In this document: piece after piece, positions 51,267 through 64,000 of the stretch
Layout of the letters: each line of letters opens with the position of its first letter
How positions within the stretch are numbered: position 1 is the stretch's first letter
Source of the DNA: Lingula anatina
Taxonomy: Eukaryota; Animalia; Brachiopoda
Reading direction: 5' to 3'
Assembly: GCA_051362555.1 (NCBI GenBank)
Contig: CM120649.1
Span: forward strand, 10,230,001 to 10,294,000
DNA: 64,000 nt
Translations under genes and position numbers: made by a program
The notes under the pieces: generated by a model
What the model was told of the DNA's origin: nothing
What the model saw: the letters and a program-made list of their open reading frames with translations, nothing else
Databases searched by the model: none

Positions 51267-51384
51267 TCATCCCAAACTGACCACATCAAGCAGGCCACTA
51301 CAGAGACACATGTTACTGTACACCAACTGTCAAACTGTTTGTGTGAGCTGAAAAAATAGAGAAACATTCATTATAAACATTCAA

Positions 51385-51554
51385 CAGACCTGGAGCCAGC
51401 AATTTCAAAAAAATTTTTTTCCTAAAAAAAAGTGGAGCTTTTACCATAAAACCATTGTGTACCTAAATAAAAATTTCCCCAGAGGGAACCTTTTCCCCGG
51501 CAAAAAGGGTGGTTTGTTCGCATTCCCATCATTTCTTAATTGGCAGTGGTCCTG
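51385..51554. mobile_element. Degenerate third copy of the 2918-3084 MITE
   Basis: gccagcaatttcaaaa..aaaagtgga..ccataaaa..tgtaccta..cccagag is collinear with 2918-3084. Confidence 0.7.
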
Positions 51555-52350
51555 GGCAAAGTCAAACTTGGCAGCTTTCATATTCACAGTTATTTGTACT
51601 TTCAAAAAATTGCTAATATGCATCTGATGGTTTGCCATGACTTCATGTAAAAAAAATCAAACTTAAAATAACCAATGACATACATCAGTGTCATTGAAAA
51701 AATGCTGGGATAGTCACTGAAAGTATGTGCTGTGCAAAACGGGCACCTCAAAACTGGTCATGACCGGCTGTGTGTACACACATGGATGTCTTACATCACT
51801 TAACTACATGTACTGAAAAAAAGGGCTCATTTGGGTTGTTTGTTGAGTAACCAATAAATGAAAAACAGAAACATGCATTCTTACCAATTAAGCTTGGCAT
51901 TCTAAATGAAATTTTGAAGGACATTTGTTGTAATTTTACATCTTTAGCAGTCCAGCATGTCTCAACATGAGACACAACACTATATTCGAGGATGGTAAAG
52001 CCCAATTGCAATACTGTGTTGCTATACATGACTACGTGATGTATGAGTTCCTAACATATGCAAATTTAAGCCATTACTGCACCCCAGTTGGAGGACTATG
52101 ATTAATAGAGAGTTATAAAGATAAGGAGGATGAAGTGAACACTGCAAAAATCCCCACAAACAACTTTTATAGTAGCTCTAAGACAAGTACATCGTAGAAA
52201 ACCTATTGCTACTTAATTAATTCTGCTAGTACTTATTAGGTTTTACCTCAGATGTTTCCAGGAATCCAGATCTACTGTATAACACTTATAACACTAGGAT
52301 CACCAGATCCCTTTGTCTACCTTCTACCTCTTGTCTCTGCAGCTCCTTCC

Positions 52351-52403
<53 letters not shown>

Positions 52404-54499
52404 AAAACCCCGCCCAACTGTCGCTTTCAATCCCAAGACTTCCGGTGCCAGATCACTACAACAAAGTACTCACCCTTCTGTCATCAAGAATGTCTTTGCA
52501 TGTATTAAAAAGGATGCTGGAATTGTGGAATGTCCTACTGCTCCAGATAAAACCTTTATGGTAACTCGTAAATATATCTTGTCCTAGGTATAACGTTATT
52601 TCATAACGTATAAAATGTTCCCGCTCCGCCGTACTAAGCCCTACTATAAAGTAGGTCAAAGAAAACCCGCAGTGGATACTGGGTCACATCGCGGTACATC
52701 CGGTCAAGTGTGCCGTTGTTCCAAGTTATTATATCTTTTAATTTTTTCGTTTGGATATGATATTTTTTTATAATTTATTGATAATATAATAATTACCTAA
52801 AAGGTTATTTCAAATTCTGTCTTTTTTGTTGTTATTATTATATATTTTCTTTTTGCTTCGACTCTTTGCACTGCTAACACAACGCTCAATTTTAAGTTAT
52901 AAGCAAATGAACATTCAGATTTAGTAATTACCTTTAAAAATATACTAAACGTACTTGAAAATACTCTTAAGTCATTTTTGCCTATATTTCCTGCAAAGCT
53001 ACTAGTAGGCCAATACCTGTAATTTACTTTTATAGACTTCTCTGGTAGGCTAATATGACATAAGCCTATGCGCGTTTATTTTTTTCAAAAGGTCTACATT
53101 TTTTCCTCAATTCCAAGTATAGTTTCACAATGCCTGGTAACGAAGGCTTTCAAAATGGCTTCACAAGAGAAATGCAGCTTTGACGTGTTTCGTGTAAACC
53201 ATTTGACTGTGCCCTATCAACATATATCGTCTAGCTAATCATGAGGGCCCGCTGGGAAGGGGGGGTACAGTCTAGTGATCACAGTTCACGGCCGCGGAAA
53301 ATAAAAATCATCAAATCACAAATTACGTACATAAATTAAATTAAAACTTTGTCTATATCTCATTGAAAATGCGAGTCCGGCAAGCTGAAAATAACTATCA
53401 CCGAGTATAACGACTTCGTTTCACTCAGGACGAGGGATAAAAACGCGCAATTCTCGATTCACGGGAATGGGGCGCTTCACGGATGACTCTTATTAATAAC
53501 ATAGAAAGTTGCGAGCATCTTGGGAAATGATAAGTGGCTTTCACGGGAAAGGAAAATACCCAATGGGGCCTTCAGTCATTGTCTTAACTAATATGAAGTT
53601 TTTATTAATGACTTAAATATTTCAAAAGCATCAAACAATTAAAATTTTAATTAAAATGATCTGCAGCAAAATAAGCCGTGGAGGATTTCGCAGCTTTTAT
53701 AAGCCGGGCGACACCGCAAAAGTAGCTGCAAGTTATTAATCGCATTTTTTAAACATTTAAACATTCTAAACATTTTCTGAGACGTTAGACATTATACTAC
53801 CTAACAAGTTCTTAATTTTTTACTTTATTGAAAATAATCTTATGGGCGAATTTGAGATGGTGTTGCGAGCGACAGTAACGAAGGTTTAAAATTGAGTCCG
53901 CATTTCGTGTTTTAAATATGATTATCACAGGTGCTGGGCTAACTTATGTAACAATTTCCGTGTGCATCGAAAGACTCGCTAAGAAAGAGGGAGAGAGACA
54001 AAATGATATATTATCACTAATCTACACAAAGTATACCTCCGTGTTGGGAGTTCGACCCCCTTGAGGACTCAGATGACAGCTGTCGTCAATATTGCTTAAA
54101 TTACATAACGTAACAAACGCGATCGTCCTTTGCGTTCAAATCATAAACAGCAATCTTTCTTTAAAAATTATTTAAGACATTTTTTACATTATACATATCT
54201 GTGAATATCTAGTGAAAACTCCATCTGCGACTCCGTAAGAGTGCACTTTCTTTCTCTCTCTCTCTGGCTATTGCTCTCTCTCTCTCTCTCTCTCCGGCTA
54301 TCCCCCCTCTCATTCTCTCTCTCTCTCTTTCTCTCTCCGGCTGTCTCTGGCCGAATTCACAATCAGTTGATCCGCGGACCAGATAACAGACCTCTTTTAT
54401 GATAATCAACTATTATGACCATTAAATTAAACAGCATGTTTTTCTTTCGTCTTTCATATCTTCACGGAAAAAATATATTAAAAAAACATCTATACAGGT

Positions 54500-54760
54500 T
54501 AACAATTAAAGATGAAAAATGCCCGAGCATTCGCCTTGTGAGCCTTCTTCAGGTACCAAAACATGAATAAACAAGTAAACTACTGGGATACGTGACGTAT
54601 GCTAATGTAAAAGGGACGCGCAGTTGAAGATTATGTTACAGTAAAACAAGAATAATATTCGTTGTCTCTATTCAGTACTTTTTCTTAAGTGTCTAATATT
54701 TTTATGAACTTCTGCTCGACATTCCGTCTTTGTCTTGCGTCGCGTACGTGTCCTTTTTAA
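54500..54760 (-). mobile_element. Penelope-like 3' remnant
   Basis: Minus strand encodes DARQRRNVEQKFIKILDT..LNRD (GIY-YIG C-terminus-like), followed by cctgaagaaggctcacaaggcgaat. Confidence 0.5.
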
Positions 54761-55082
54761 ATGGTAACTTTAAGTTTAGGACAGAACGTAAGACAGTTTT
54801 TTCTATAGTTTTCATTTATTATTATTATTATTATCATTATTATTATTATTATATTGTTACTGTACATAGATATCAAATATTTACGCTTGTAATTTTTATT
54901 ACAGATACAAGCAACGGCACATGAATCAATAAGGGGGGAGTAGCCAAATCCAATGCTTGAAGTTGTACGGCGGTTTTTGCTAGCTAAAACATCATAGAAG
55001 AAACGAACCAGATCAAAATTTAATAAAGTACAGAATGTGAAGACCAGCCTAATCAACAGCTGTGAGCTTGGATACAAAACTG

Positions 55083-57536
55083 GGCCCCGTATCACGAAAG
55101 CATCGCGTTTTGCGAATAGCGATACCACATAGAGGTTACAATTGTGACGACGTTACTGACTTTGTCTTGGTGGCGCGAGGTAATAACTAAACAATTCCAT
55201 GTTTTCCCATATTCTTTATTATCGCTTTCTAACTACGCTATCTACAGTTTATTCCTCTCCGTTCAACCTCTTACATCGTTCTCCCCGTCTACATTACATT
55301 CTTCGCTTAAGTACAATAAGGTCGTGTCAATCAACTAAAGTGAAACTACAAAACACTCCCCGCTCTTATTCGCTGCATGCTGTCACTAACTAACGTTACA
55401 TTATCTCCCGGGGACGATATGCCTGTCCACAGGCATATTTAAAATTAAAATATACATTAATTAAAAATAAACTTTCTTAAACACTGCATTTGTCTTTTAT
55501 CATAAATTCATGCAAAACAAAACTAAGTACATAGATTTTGTATTATAAACCTACTATAAGATAGAAATAAAATTGACATGAAACCCCAAATATAACTTAA
55601 AGGAAGATAGATTTATAAATTTTTATGAAAATACAAATGTTCGTGGATGTGCTATTTACATGTTGTAATGTGCGGCCCACGAGTACAGATACTTTTTGTT
55701 TATTTTCTCCGCGCGGATGTTTAAATCTGTTACTCTCTTATTATGGCTCTGACACATTTTCATATACGGTTTCTCTCTTCTCTCTTGTTATTTCAGATAA
55801 AGTATGTACTACGTGAGACAATAGGGTTAGCTACTCCCTGTCCGATGAATAGCATTCACCACAGCGTTGCCAAGCGCATCGTCATGATGAAGTACCTGTT
55901 CATCTTCATATTTGTCCACACTGTTGCGCTCTCTTTTAATAACTACAGTATAAGAGAAACAATCGTTTTATATCAAACCCAATCCACGATTGAACAAAAA
56001 AAAACATACCGAAAAATAATTAAGTAAGAATCTTCCTTAATGCATATCATCAGTTTCACGTCATCATCTTTATAAAAGTTAAGTACACTGTTCCTATACC
56101 AATAACTGTATAGTTAAATATCAATAACTAATAACTATAAGACCGACAGGCTGAATAAAGATATACTTCTCATAAGTCACGTATTTAATATTCAATACAC
56201 AATATTTAACATTTTCTTATAACCACATGCAATAACATTTGACGCAAAGTTAACCAATAAAATCTAAAGTTCATTTCCCACAAATGAATAGTTCCATTTG
56301 GTATGGTCCGTTACATCCTCCATTTTGAATTTTAGCACGAAAGTTCAGTTAGCATATAATGTCAAATCCGTCCTTCTAGACAGTGCATAGCGATTGTCAT
56401 CTGCCACTCATTGTATATGGATAAACGTCTTACTCGCGCACGTTGGCATACGTGTAGATAAATGTTCACAGTTTCCTGTATATCCACGAATGTCCATGTC
56501 CAGCGTTTACGAATAATTATATCCAAAACGAATGAAGCAGAAATGCATGTCAAGAAAAACTTAACTACGTATATTATAACAATCATCATCAAACCTGAAT
56601 ACATTCACATTTAACAGGCAAGATTTTAACTTGCCATAGTATTATTCATCCAAAAGATTATGATAACAATAAAACATATATGGAACCATGCTAATAATAC
56701 GATAATTTTTCCAACAATAATACTTATGCTAATAATAAAAATAATAATAACGCAATCTGGCGTCCCAGATGCTAATATTTATCTGGCGTCCCAGATTTTA
56801 GTATTTATATGACGTCATGCGCATCATTTCCATACCTCAACTCCACATATTCAGTTATCCATAACCACATTGATATATGTCACATATGAATCATTTTATT
56901 CCTCACAATATATCAAATAATATTCACATAAGGTCATTTATCCTTGCAACATTTATACTCATTAACTCATTTGTTCCACTCGATCTTTTGATATAACCAC
57001 ATTATCAACTGACAAGAGCATTTTAAGAAGATCGTCGAAATGCCAGTGATTAGGACTTTAATTAAGGCAATTTGTCGAGAAAGTTCAAACTATTCTCCAA
57101 TTTTATTCTTCGCAACCCGAAAACATAATTTTATTGAAGGGACTTCCAATAATGTAGATTAATCATAATCTTAATAATTGCTTGTCACCTCCAAAGGTGC
57201 ATGCGCATTATCGATGATGTTTGACATTGCAAGGGGGTAGTGGGCGAAACAGAAGGGGTATTCTTATGAAAAGAATTATGATTCATCATCTGAAATTACG
57301 CAGACTGTAAGTCCAGGAGCCCTAAACCGAAACAAAGTGCAATAATAATCAGTATTGCCTGAAATTAAGGTGAATGCCATTTAAGTGTCATATCCTGTAA
57401 AAGAAAATTTAAGAACTCGTTATGATGGATATTAAAATTACAAGACAATGTATTATATGGGGCGAGTATGGGTGAGTTATGGAATCGAGACGCTTGCGCA
57501 CGGTCGCAATGCGCGATGTTTTCGAGATACGGGGCC
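55083..57536. mobile_element. Harbinger-type non-autonomous element, 2.45 kb
   Basis: TIR ggccccgtatcacgaaagcatcgc / gcgatgttttcgagatacggggcc. CTG TSD on both sides. Confidence 0.8.
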
Positions 57537-57583
57537 CTGCTCTTCCCCGTTGCCAACGCTCTCATTTCAGGTCTATCACTTAA

Positions 57584-60500
57584 GAGCGCGTCCATGAGAA
57601 AGCCAGACAGATCAGTCAGAAGGTGGCAAGGTGGGGGTCAGCAGATTTTAATAATTTTTGGTGTGGTAAACCATCAACATAAAAGATATTGTGAGCCACT
57701 GGCTTTCTTATTTTGGATCATTAGTTTTAGAGATATGGGGGCAGATCTTTTATTGGCAATTTTGCCAAAATATAGCACTTTTTAGCTCTTGAAAAGTTAT
57801 AATTTTAAATATTCTTTTTAAAAATCATGTACAGCATAAGGAATTATTAAGGTAAGCCACATGATAGGTTAAGGAAAGACCTTTAATACCCAGTACAGAT
57901 TTTTTGAAAAGGCACTGTCATGACCACACAAGGTTGATTCTAATAAGGCATGTTTTCCATATGCTTGACCCCCTCCCCTTCTTTAAATGCACACAACTTC
58001 TTTTTTGCAGGTTTTATCCATATAATTTTGGTATGTGCTGATAGAAAAGGGTTGAAAAATAAATTTTGTAAAATAAAATCTGTGTTAAACCTTGTAAAAT
58101 AAGAACTACAACAATTTTAAAAAGGGCCTAAAAACGAATATTTTTATACTACTTAAATGCTAAACTGTTTCCTCAACTAAATAAATAAGTCAAAACCATG
58201 TATAGGTTTGTGAAAAGCCCTTAAAATAATTATGTTTGCCCTGCAGACGAACTTATGAAGCGAAAATGCATTTTTTAAATTTGTTTATGTTGTAGAAACT
58301 AAATGTAAAATAACGATGCTATCTCTGTGACCTATTTTCAACATGGCGGGTACTAGGATTATCACCGGAGCAGCTGTGGAGCAAAGCACATCGTCTTCAC
58401 AGTGTTAAAACATAATACTTTCTTAAATTTATGAAGAACACGCACTAGAGATGCTTAAGTACATCTCAGAAGGATTGGTGTGCACCAGAATATAACAAGA
58501 AATGACCATAGCAGCTGGTCGTCCTTAGAATGTGCATTTTTTGGTTGAACCACTTCAGACTGTTGTCAGGCTTGGGTTCCTCAATATATCCATCTCATCG
58601 ATTTAGCTCTGGATGTTTGTTGTAAGGTAAGTGATCAGTGGTGGCATACATATACTAGAATCAGATACACTAAAAACTCAAACCAGTTTAAATAATACGT
58701 TTGAATATTATTCAGTAATATAAAGAATATAAGCAAATTTTAAAGACATACTGGTATATTTCAATTCACAGAGTTTTACTTGATTTCTGTTTCATGGTAA
58801 ACATGTATGCTGAAAAGAATTAACTGTGTATCTAACTTATGAAGTATATTTTTGCATTAAATTCTAGGGCTTTGTTACATGTGTTATCATAACACAAACA
58901 GTTAAGGACTATGCTGAGCTTGAAGACAGCTTCATAAGAAATTTCTTACCCAGAGTCAAAGGTATGTAACACACATTCAGTTTCAAGTTTTGGCATTTTA
59001 GGGGATGTTACTTGTGCCAGTTTTTTACATTTTAGTTTTATATTCACTTTGCAGATTTGTGTGTTTACAATGAAGTTGAAGTTAACCGCCTGTGCTTCAA
59101 TTTTCAAGACTTACATATATTACACAGGACACTTGTAACTAAAGGTACTTATGTAAAATCAGGAAAACTTTGCGGTCCATTATGTTGTTCATGTTGCTTT
59201 GCAAGGGGGCGTGCCAGACAATTAAGCTGATTACAACGACTGAGCCAGAGTGTGATACTCCGCTGAGATAGATTGATCCTGCTACGATAGTTTCTATTCT
59301 GAACACAGTAAGCCTCTGTTGTTGTAAAGCATTTATTGATGTTATGTTTATTTTTCAGAATTTACATCCTAGGCCTGTATGTGAACCTTGACCTGGACAA
59401 TCTTACAGACAATAATAGAAAAGTCACCTGAAATTGCACAGGCAAATTCATCAGATTCAGATGTGAGCACCAACTTTGTAATGCCTGGAACACTTCCATG
59501 GAGAAGAAAAAAGGTTTACCTTTTTTTCATTTGTTTCTTTTTATATCATGAAATTCTGGTAGCTACAGTCATGCATATTTGATTTCTTTTTTTACATTTA
59601 TGCAATATGTTTGATTAGAATATTATTTAGTAATTGTTCTTATACAGCAATTAACATGAGTTTAAAATATGTTTAATACATTTTCTTTTGACAGCCTGTC
59701 CTGCCATCTTCAGGTAGACTCAGTAGTGGATATCCTGGCAAACCTCTATTGGACTTGGAGGAGCCACCTTGGGACAATCCCCCATGACAAATGTGCATCT
59801 TTGTCTTGGCAATCTCATTCAGTTTTGTAGGAAAGGAGGATTGGCACCATTGAATTTACAAATATTGACAATTGACAGTTCAGTCACACTAAACAATAGT
59901 AGCATGTTGCTTCAAGTTACCACACTTATTCTAAGATTGCTGAATTATCATTACTGTAGGAGACCCTGGATCTCTCAACCAGAAGAAGAAACTTGGGGAT
60001 CAATCAGTTATAAGATTAAAATCTGTGGAACACTACCCATCACTGTTGTGTTCAGTATATGGAAAAGATGGCGGTGATATAGGAACCTTGGGGATTCATA
60101 ACTTGATTTCACTCCTGTAAAAAGTAACTGCTTTGTTCTTTTACTGTCCAATTGATAATATGAAAATAAAGTACTCCTCCTGTCATTGTATGTTGCTGAC
60201 TCTGTTTTAATTTTCTTTATAGATAAAGAATATAGATATCAAGATATCACATGTATTTACAAAGCCTATGAATCATTAGAAAGGAAAAAGAATGGTTGAA
60301 AAATGCAATATAAATCATTTCAAGTGGATTAATTAGTGTTGCACTTGAGAAAACTGATAAAATGAGACAGTCATTCCCTTTTACCTTTAGAAAAATCATT
60401 TGTAATTTTTTTTCTCTATTGCTCCCTGAAAATAAGGTATATACACAATGCTGATGACACTGGATATGCACAGTAATAACTTATTAAATGGAGGGGGGGG

Positions 60501-61357
60501 GATAACTTGTAATTTAAATTTATTCAGAAGTTGTATGGCTCTGTTTGAAAAGAATATTATTTGAGCAATCCTGTATTACAGATCTCAAAATAAAAAACCT
60601 GCAAAAATGGGCCTCTTGATTATTTTGAGGAATTAGGGTAACTGTATTTTTGGGACAGATTTGATGGCAGCCATTTTGTATTTATAAAAATTGGATAGAT
60701 TTGCCCTTATCAAAGCATAGTTTGAATTCCTGGCTGTGAGTCTTTGATTAAATTTGATTATTGGAAGGAATTTTATCTCAAAATGTACTGATATCTTGAT
60801 TTTGGCCGTTTGGTTTTCTGCTAAAATTGCTTAAGTTTGAGGCACTTTTTCAATATCTTCTGTTGTGTTTAACACACTTTTTGAATTTTGTATGATTAGA
60901 CCAATATATGCTTAGGATCCCTATAAAATTTTATGGCTGTCAAGCCTGCAAAAAGAGAGATATGAATGCTTGAACATTGCTTGGTAGAAAAGTGAGTTTG
61001 GGGGGTGGGGTCATAAAAATGGGCGTGGCTCGTTAGTTTGTGGGTTAAACTGAAATTTAGTAACATATTCTCAATGGCAAATGGCTGGTTTAAATAGGTA
61101 AATTTTCAATTAATTTTAAAAAGTCGTCAGTTTTGACATATTTGCTTATGAAGTGGCTTTATTGACCGAAGCTGAAAATTAAGCCAAAAATGGCCAAAAC
61201 ATATAATATCATATTATAATTATATCCAATGATTTCTTTTGGGATTGTTGCCTTCAATCTTAATATCTCCTATATATGCAACAATATTATGAATTTGGTT
61301 GAAATCTGTTGACCCCCACCTTGCCACCCTCTGACTGGTCTTATCATGGACACACAC
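57584..61357 (+). mobile_element. Sola3-like DNA transposon derivative, 3.8 kb, with spliced coding remnants
   Basis: TTAA TSD and a GAG 5' end. ~60-bp TIR (..gtccatga..cagtcagaaggtggcaaggtgggggtcagcagattt). Internal GT-AG exon-like blocks at ~58340-59800. Confidence 0.7.
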
Positions 61358-61805
61358 TTAACATGTGTGCATTAAACCAAAAATTATGCTACAGTATAAT
61401 CAAAATAGAAATATCAAGACTTTTTGAACAAGAACAGTCACATTAGAATTCTTCTCCCCCCCCCCCTCCCCCCCACACACACACACACCAATACGCCCCA
61501 TTTCAGCTGTTAGTATACAAACTCAGCGTGTGTAGGGGTGTGAGAGCTATGTGAAAGTAGATCAAAAGTTCACGGATAGGATATGCCATGCAAGGGTTCA
61601 TAGGGGAGTTAGGTTATCTCCTTTTGCGTTTTTTTTTTCATTTGACAAGAAATATCAGTATCTGTCACTGCGCTTAGCGAAAATAAAATTCAAATAAGCC
61701 AATTTTCTTTCCCTTATCACGTAATTCGTCAGATGTAATTAAATGCAACAAATTTCTAGAGAACCTTTACCCCCTCTCTTGTGAATGCTATGTGTCGTCT
61801 GCAGA

Positions 61806-62410
61806 GCTCAGCGTCTGCCACCAGCCAGGATGCTCCGCGCTTCCCGGGAACTGAACAGTTAACGCGGTCTGAAAAATTTTAGGGAGAGTCAGATGGAAAA
61901 GAGGGGGGTCTTGGTATCTTCAAATTTCTACATGGTGAAGCTGGAGATTTGGGCTAGTTTTAATCTTTTCATTTACAGTTTGCAATATACTCTGCTTTTC
62001 AGTGACCATATGCAACCAAAATATTTTACTCGTATTTTGATACGTCTCCCACCTCTGTCTCCCCCTAAAACGGTCCACACTAAAAAATCAATAATCGTAT
62101 AGCAATTTTATGCAGGCAATATTGACCTACTTTTATACCCACACAGCTATGGTCGAGTTTTATGGTTGTGGAGTGAAAACGTGATACACGTCTGTGATAT
62201 AAAAGTTATTTTTAATTACATAATTTACAAACAGTGCGTGTGAATCAAAAGTGTCTCAATTTGTGAGCAAAACAGAACATTACTTTTTGAAAATAATGAA
62301 AAAATTGGAGAAAAGCCAAAATCAGAAAAAATTAATTTTTTCTCTTATATGCAAATTAAGTCCCCTGAAGTAATATATGACTGGCCGGAAGTGATGTTCA
62401 ATTCAAAGAT
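61806..62410. repeat. Dispersed repeat, diverged copy B (partner at 5748-6400)
   Basis: Same collinear motifs as 5748-6400, same orientation. Confidence 0.75.
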
Positions 62411-62663
62411 TTGTAATGATGATGATCTTGATGGTCTTGATGATCTTCATGGTGATTAAAAAAATCTTATCAAAGTTTTCCGTTGTCATCTGGTGTGAAA
62501 GAAAATTTCTGCTCTAACACAATCATTCCACGAGTGAAGAATACATATAGTAAACGCGTTTCAGAGTTGTGCTGCAGACGACACGACTTTTGGGTGATAG
62601 AATAGGTTAGGGCCTATAATTATGATATATAGGATAAAAATGCGTGTCTAAGTTTTCCATTAA

Positions 62664-62989
62664 AGGGATAATAACTCTTCGTATGAGATCTATATTTCAC
62701 AATAAAAACATTGTGAATAACTCATAAAAATATAATATACCACAAAAATGGCAGTTATAGCTATTTTTCTGATATCTGAGCTGTCTTTAGACCACGTGAG
62801 CTCCATTGATGGCTATACTCTGTTAAAATCTCTTTAGAGATTTTAACAAAAAACCAAACTTTTTAGAAAAAAACCAGAGACTAACTTTGAATGTAAAAAT
62901 GGATTCATTAACCATTGGTAAGTATGGGAAAATTGTTGTTTACTCCAGGAAAATTCATTTTTTGGCCGAAATGAAGAGTTATTATCCCT
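62664..62989. mobile_element. Kolobok/T2-type MITE
   Basis: Perfect 17-bp TIR agggataataactcttc with TTAA TSD. Confidence 0.92.
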
Positions 62990-63398
62990 TTAAAATTTTG
63001 ACTGCATTTCTATTTATAGGCCATTCGACAAGGGTGAATTTTATTGGGATATTTTCTCTCTTTCTATGGCTCTTTTTAAGCGAAAATTAGGCATGACAGT
63101 CAAAATATTCAGAAGTAAAAATATTTTAAAGTTTACAATCTCCTTGGTCACTACAATTCTTCGTCGTGGTGGTTCACGGGGAAATTTTTAAGACATCTTC
63201 AGGGCCGTAGCTGCCCCCCCTGGGATTTGAGGTGCAAAAAAAATAATCGCAAAGGTGAATAAAAATAATTGCAAAGTTGGTATCATTGAGGAATACCAGC
63301 CCGCTTGGCGCCAGGTGTCGCTAGTGTGAATTCAGTCCTTCCTAGGTCGCCATGTTGGATATTGTATACGTTGGACTGTGGTACTGGCCTTAATAAAC

Positions 63399-63495
63399 AT
63401 GCCTCAGTATTGTTGTGTACCTGAATGTCAAAGTCGGCAAGGTGGGAATAATTTTCTTGAGGATTCAGGGCTTCGTTTGAAGTGAAGGGTTGCCC
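63399..63495 (+). pseudogene. THAP-domain N-terminal fragment (transposon-derived)
   Basis: MPQYCCVPECQSRQGGNNFLEDSGLRLK*RVA resembles the THAP start (MP..CCVP.C..FP.D..LR..W..A). Truncated. Confidence 0.7.
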
Positions 63496-63769
63496 ATGTC
63501 AACACACCTTCCATGTTAAAGGGTCAGTTACAACTTGACCCAGGAACAGTAATTAGGCCCCTAAAGATAGACGAGTTGCCTCAAAAAGAATACACGTAAA
63601 AAGGTTAATTGATCTTGGCAAAACTTATAAAGTTTTGGAAAGAGAGCTCCATAGCAAGAAAGTGCCCCTAGGAAGTATGATTTATCAAAGTGCGTTTTCT
63701 TATGTCCGTAATTTCAGAAGAGTTGTCAGTAAATATATATAAGTCCCGGTAGCCTACTACCCTCATAAG

Positions 63770-63937
63770 CAGGGGCGGATCCAGAGATATTTTCTGACAG
63801 TCTTCTAAATTATTTTTGTTGATCCATGCTTCATTTTTGACCGTCTTCCGCCAGCAAAAATTAGATACCCGTCATTGTAAACTTGAAAATCTGACCGTCT
63901 TCCTGAAGACCCAGAAGACAGTCTCAATCCGCCCCTG
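63770..63937. mobile_element. 168-bp CAGGGGCGGAT MITE
   Basis: TIR caggggcggat/atccgcccctg with 5-bp TSD ataag. Confidence 0.88.
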
Positions 63938-64000
63938 ATAAGGTTGTGTTATTAAGTAATATCCTTTTTTATTGATGTATTGAGCATGACCGGTAATGTT

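Noticed and set aside
52410-52560. Possible DIRS recombinase N-terminal fragment (THPSVIKNV)
   Set aside because: Match is too short to distinguish from chance.
53242-53572. gagggccc...gggccttc as a Sola2-type MITE
   Set aside because: TIR is only about 8 bp and imperfect, with no clean TSD.

Overview
AT-rich, gene-poor eukaryotic DNA, most likely from an invertebrate animal (the repeat types suggest a mollusc or other lophotrochozoan; this is inference). I found no intact host protein-coding gene, rRNA or CRISPR array. The window is a dense, nested collection of decayed transposons. From about 19 to 46 kb there are fragments of a DIRS-type tyrosine recombinase, two pogo transposases, a Sola3-like, a Kolobok/Mutator-like and a Ginger1 (integrase-Ulp1-PHD) gene, a LINE RT and an ISL2EU SWIM/YqaJ gene. 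Several carry introns and nearly all lie on the + strand. Also present are a Helentron-type (HINE) element with a 146-bp array and a duplicated 3' end, a foldback element, a 1.1-kb deleted Gypsy element with a tRNA-Ser PBS, many MITEs with readable TIRs/TSDs, minisatellites and tRNA-like remnants. Several minus-strand GT-AG exon-like blocks suggest spliced non-coding transcripts. Family assignments come from recalled motifs and terminal/TSD rules, not database searches.
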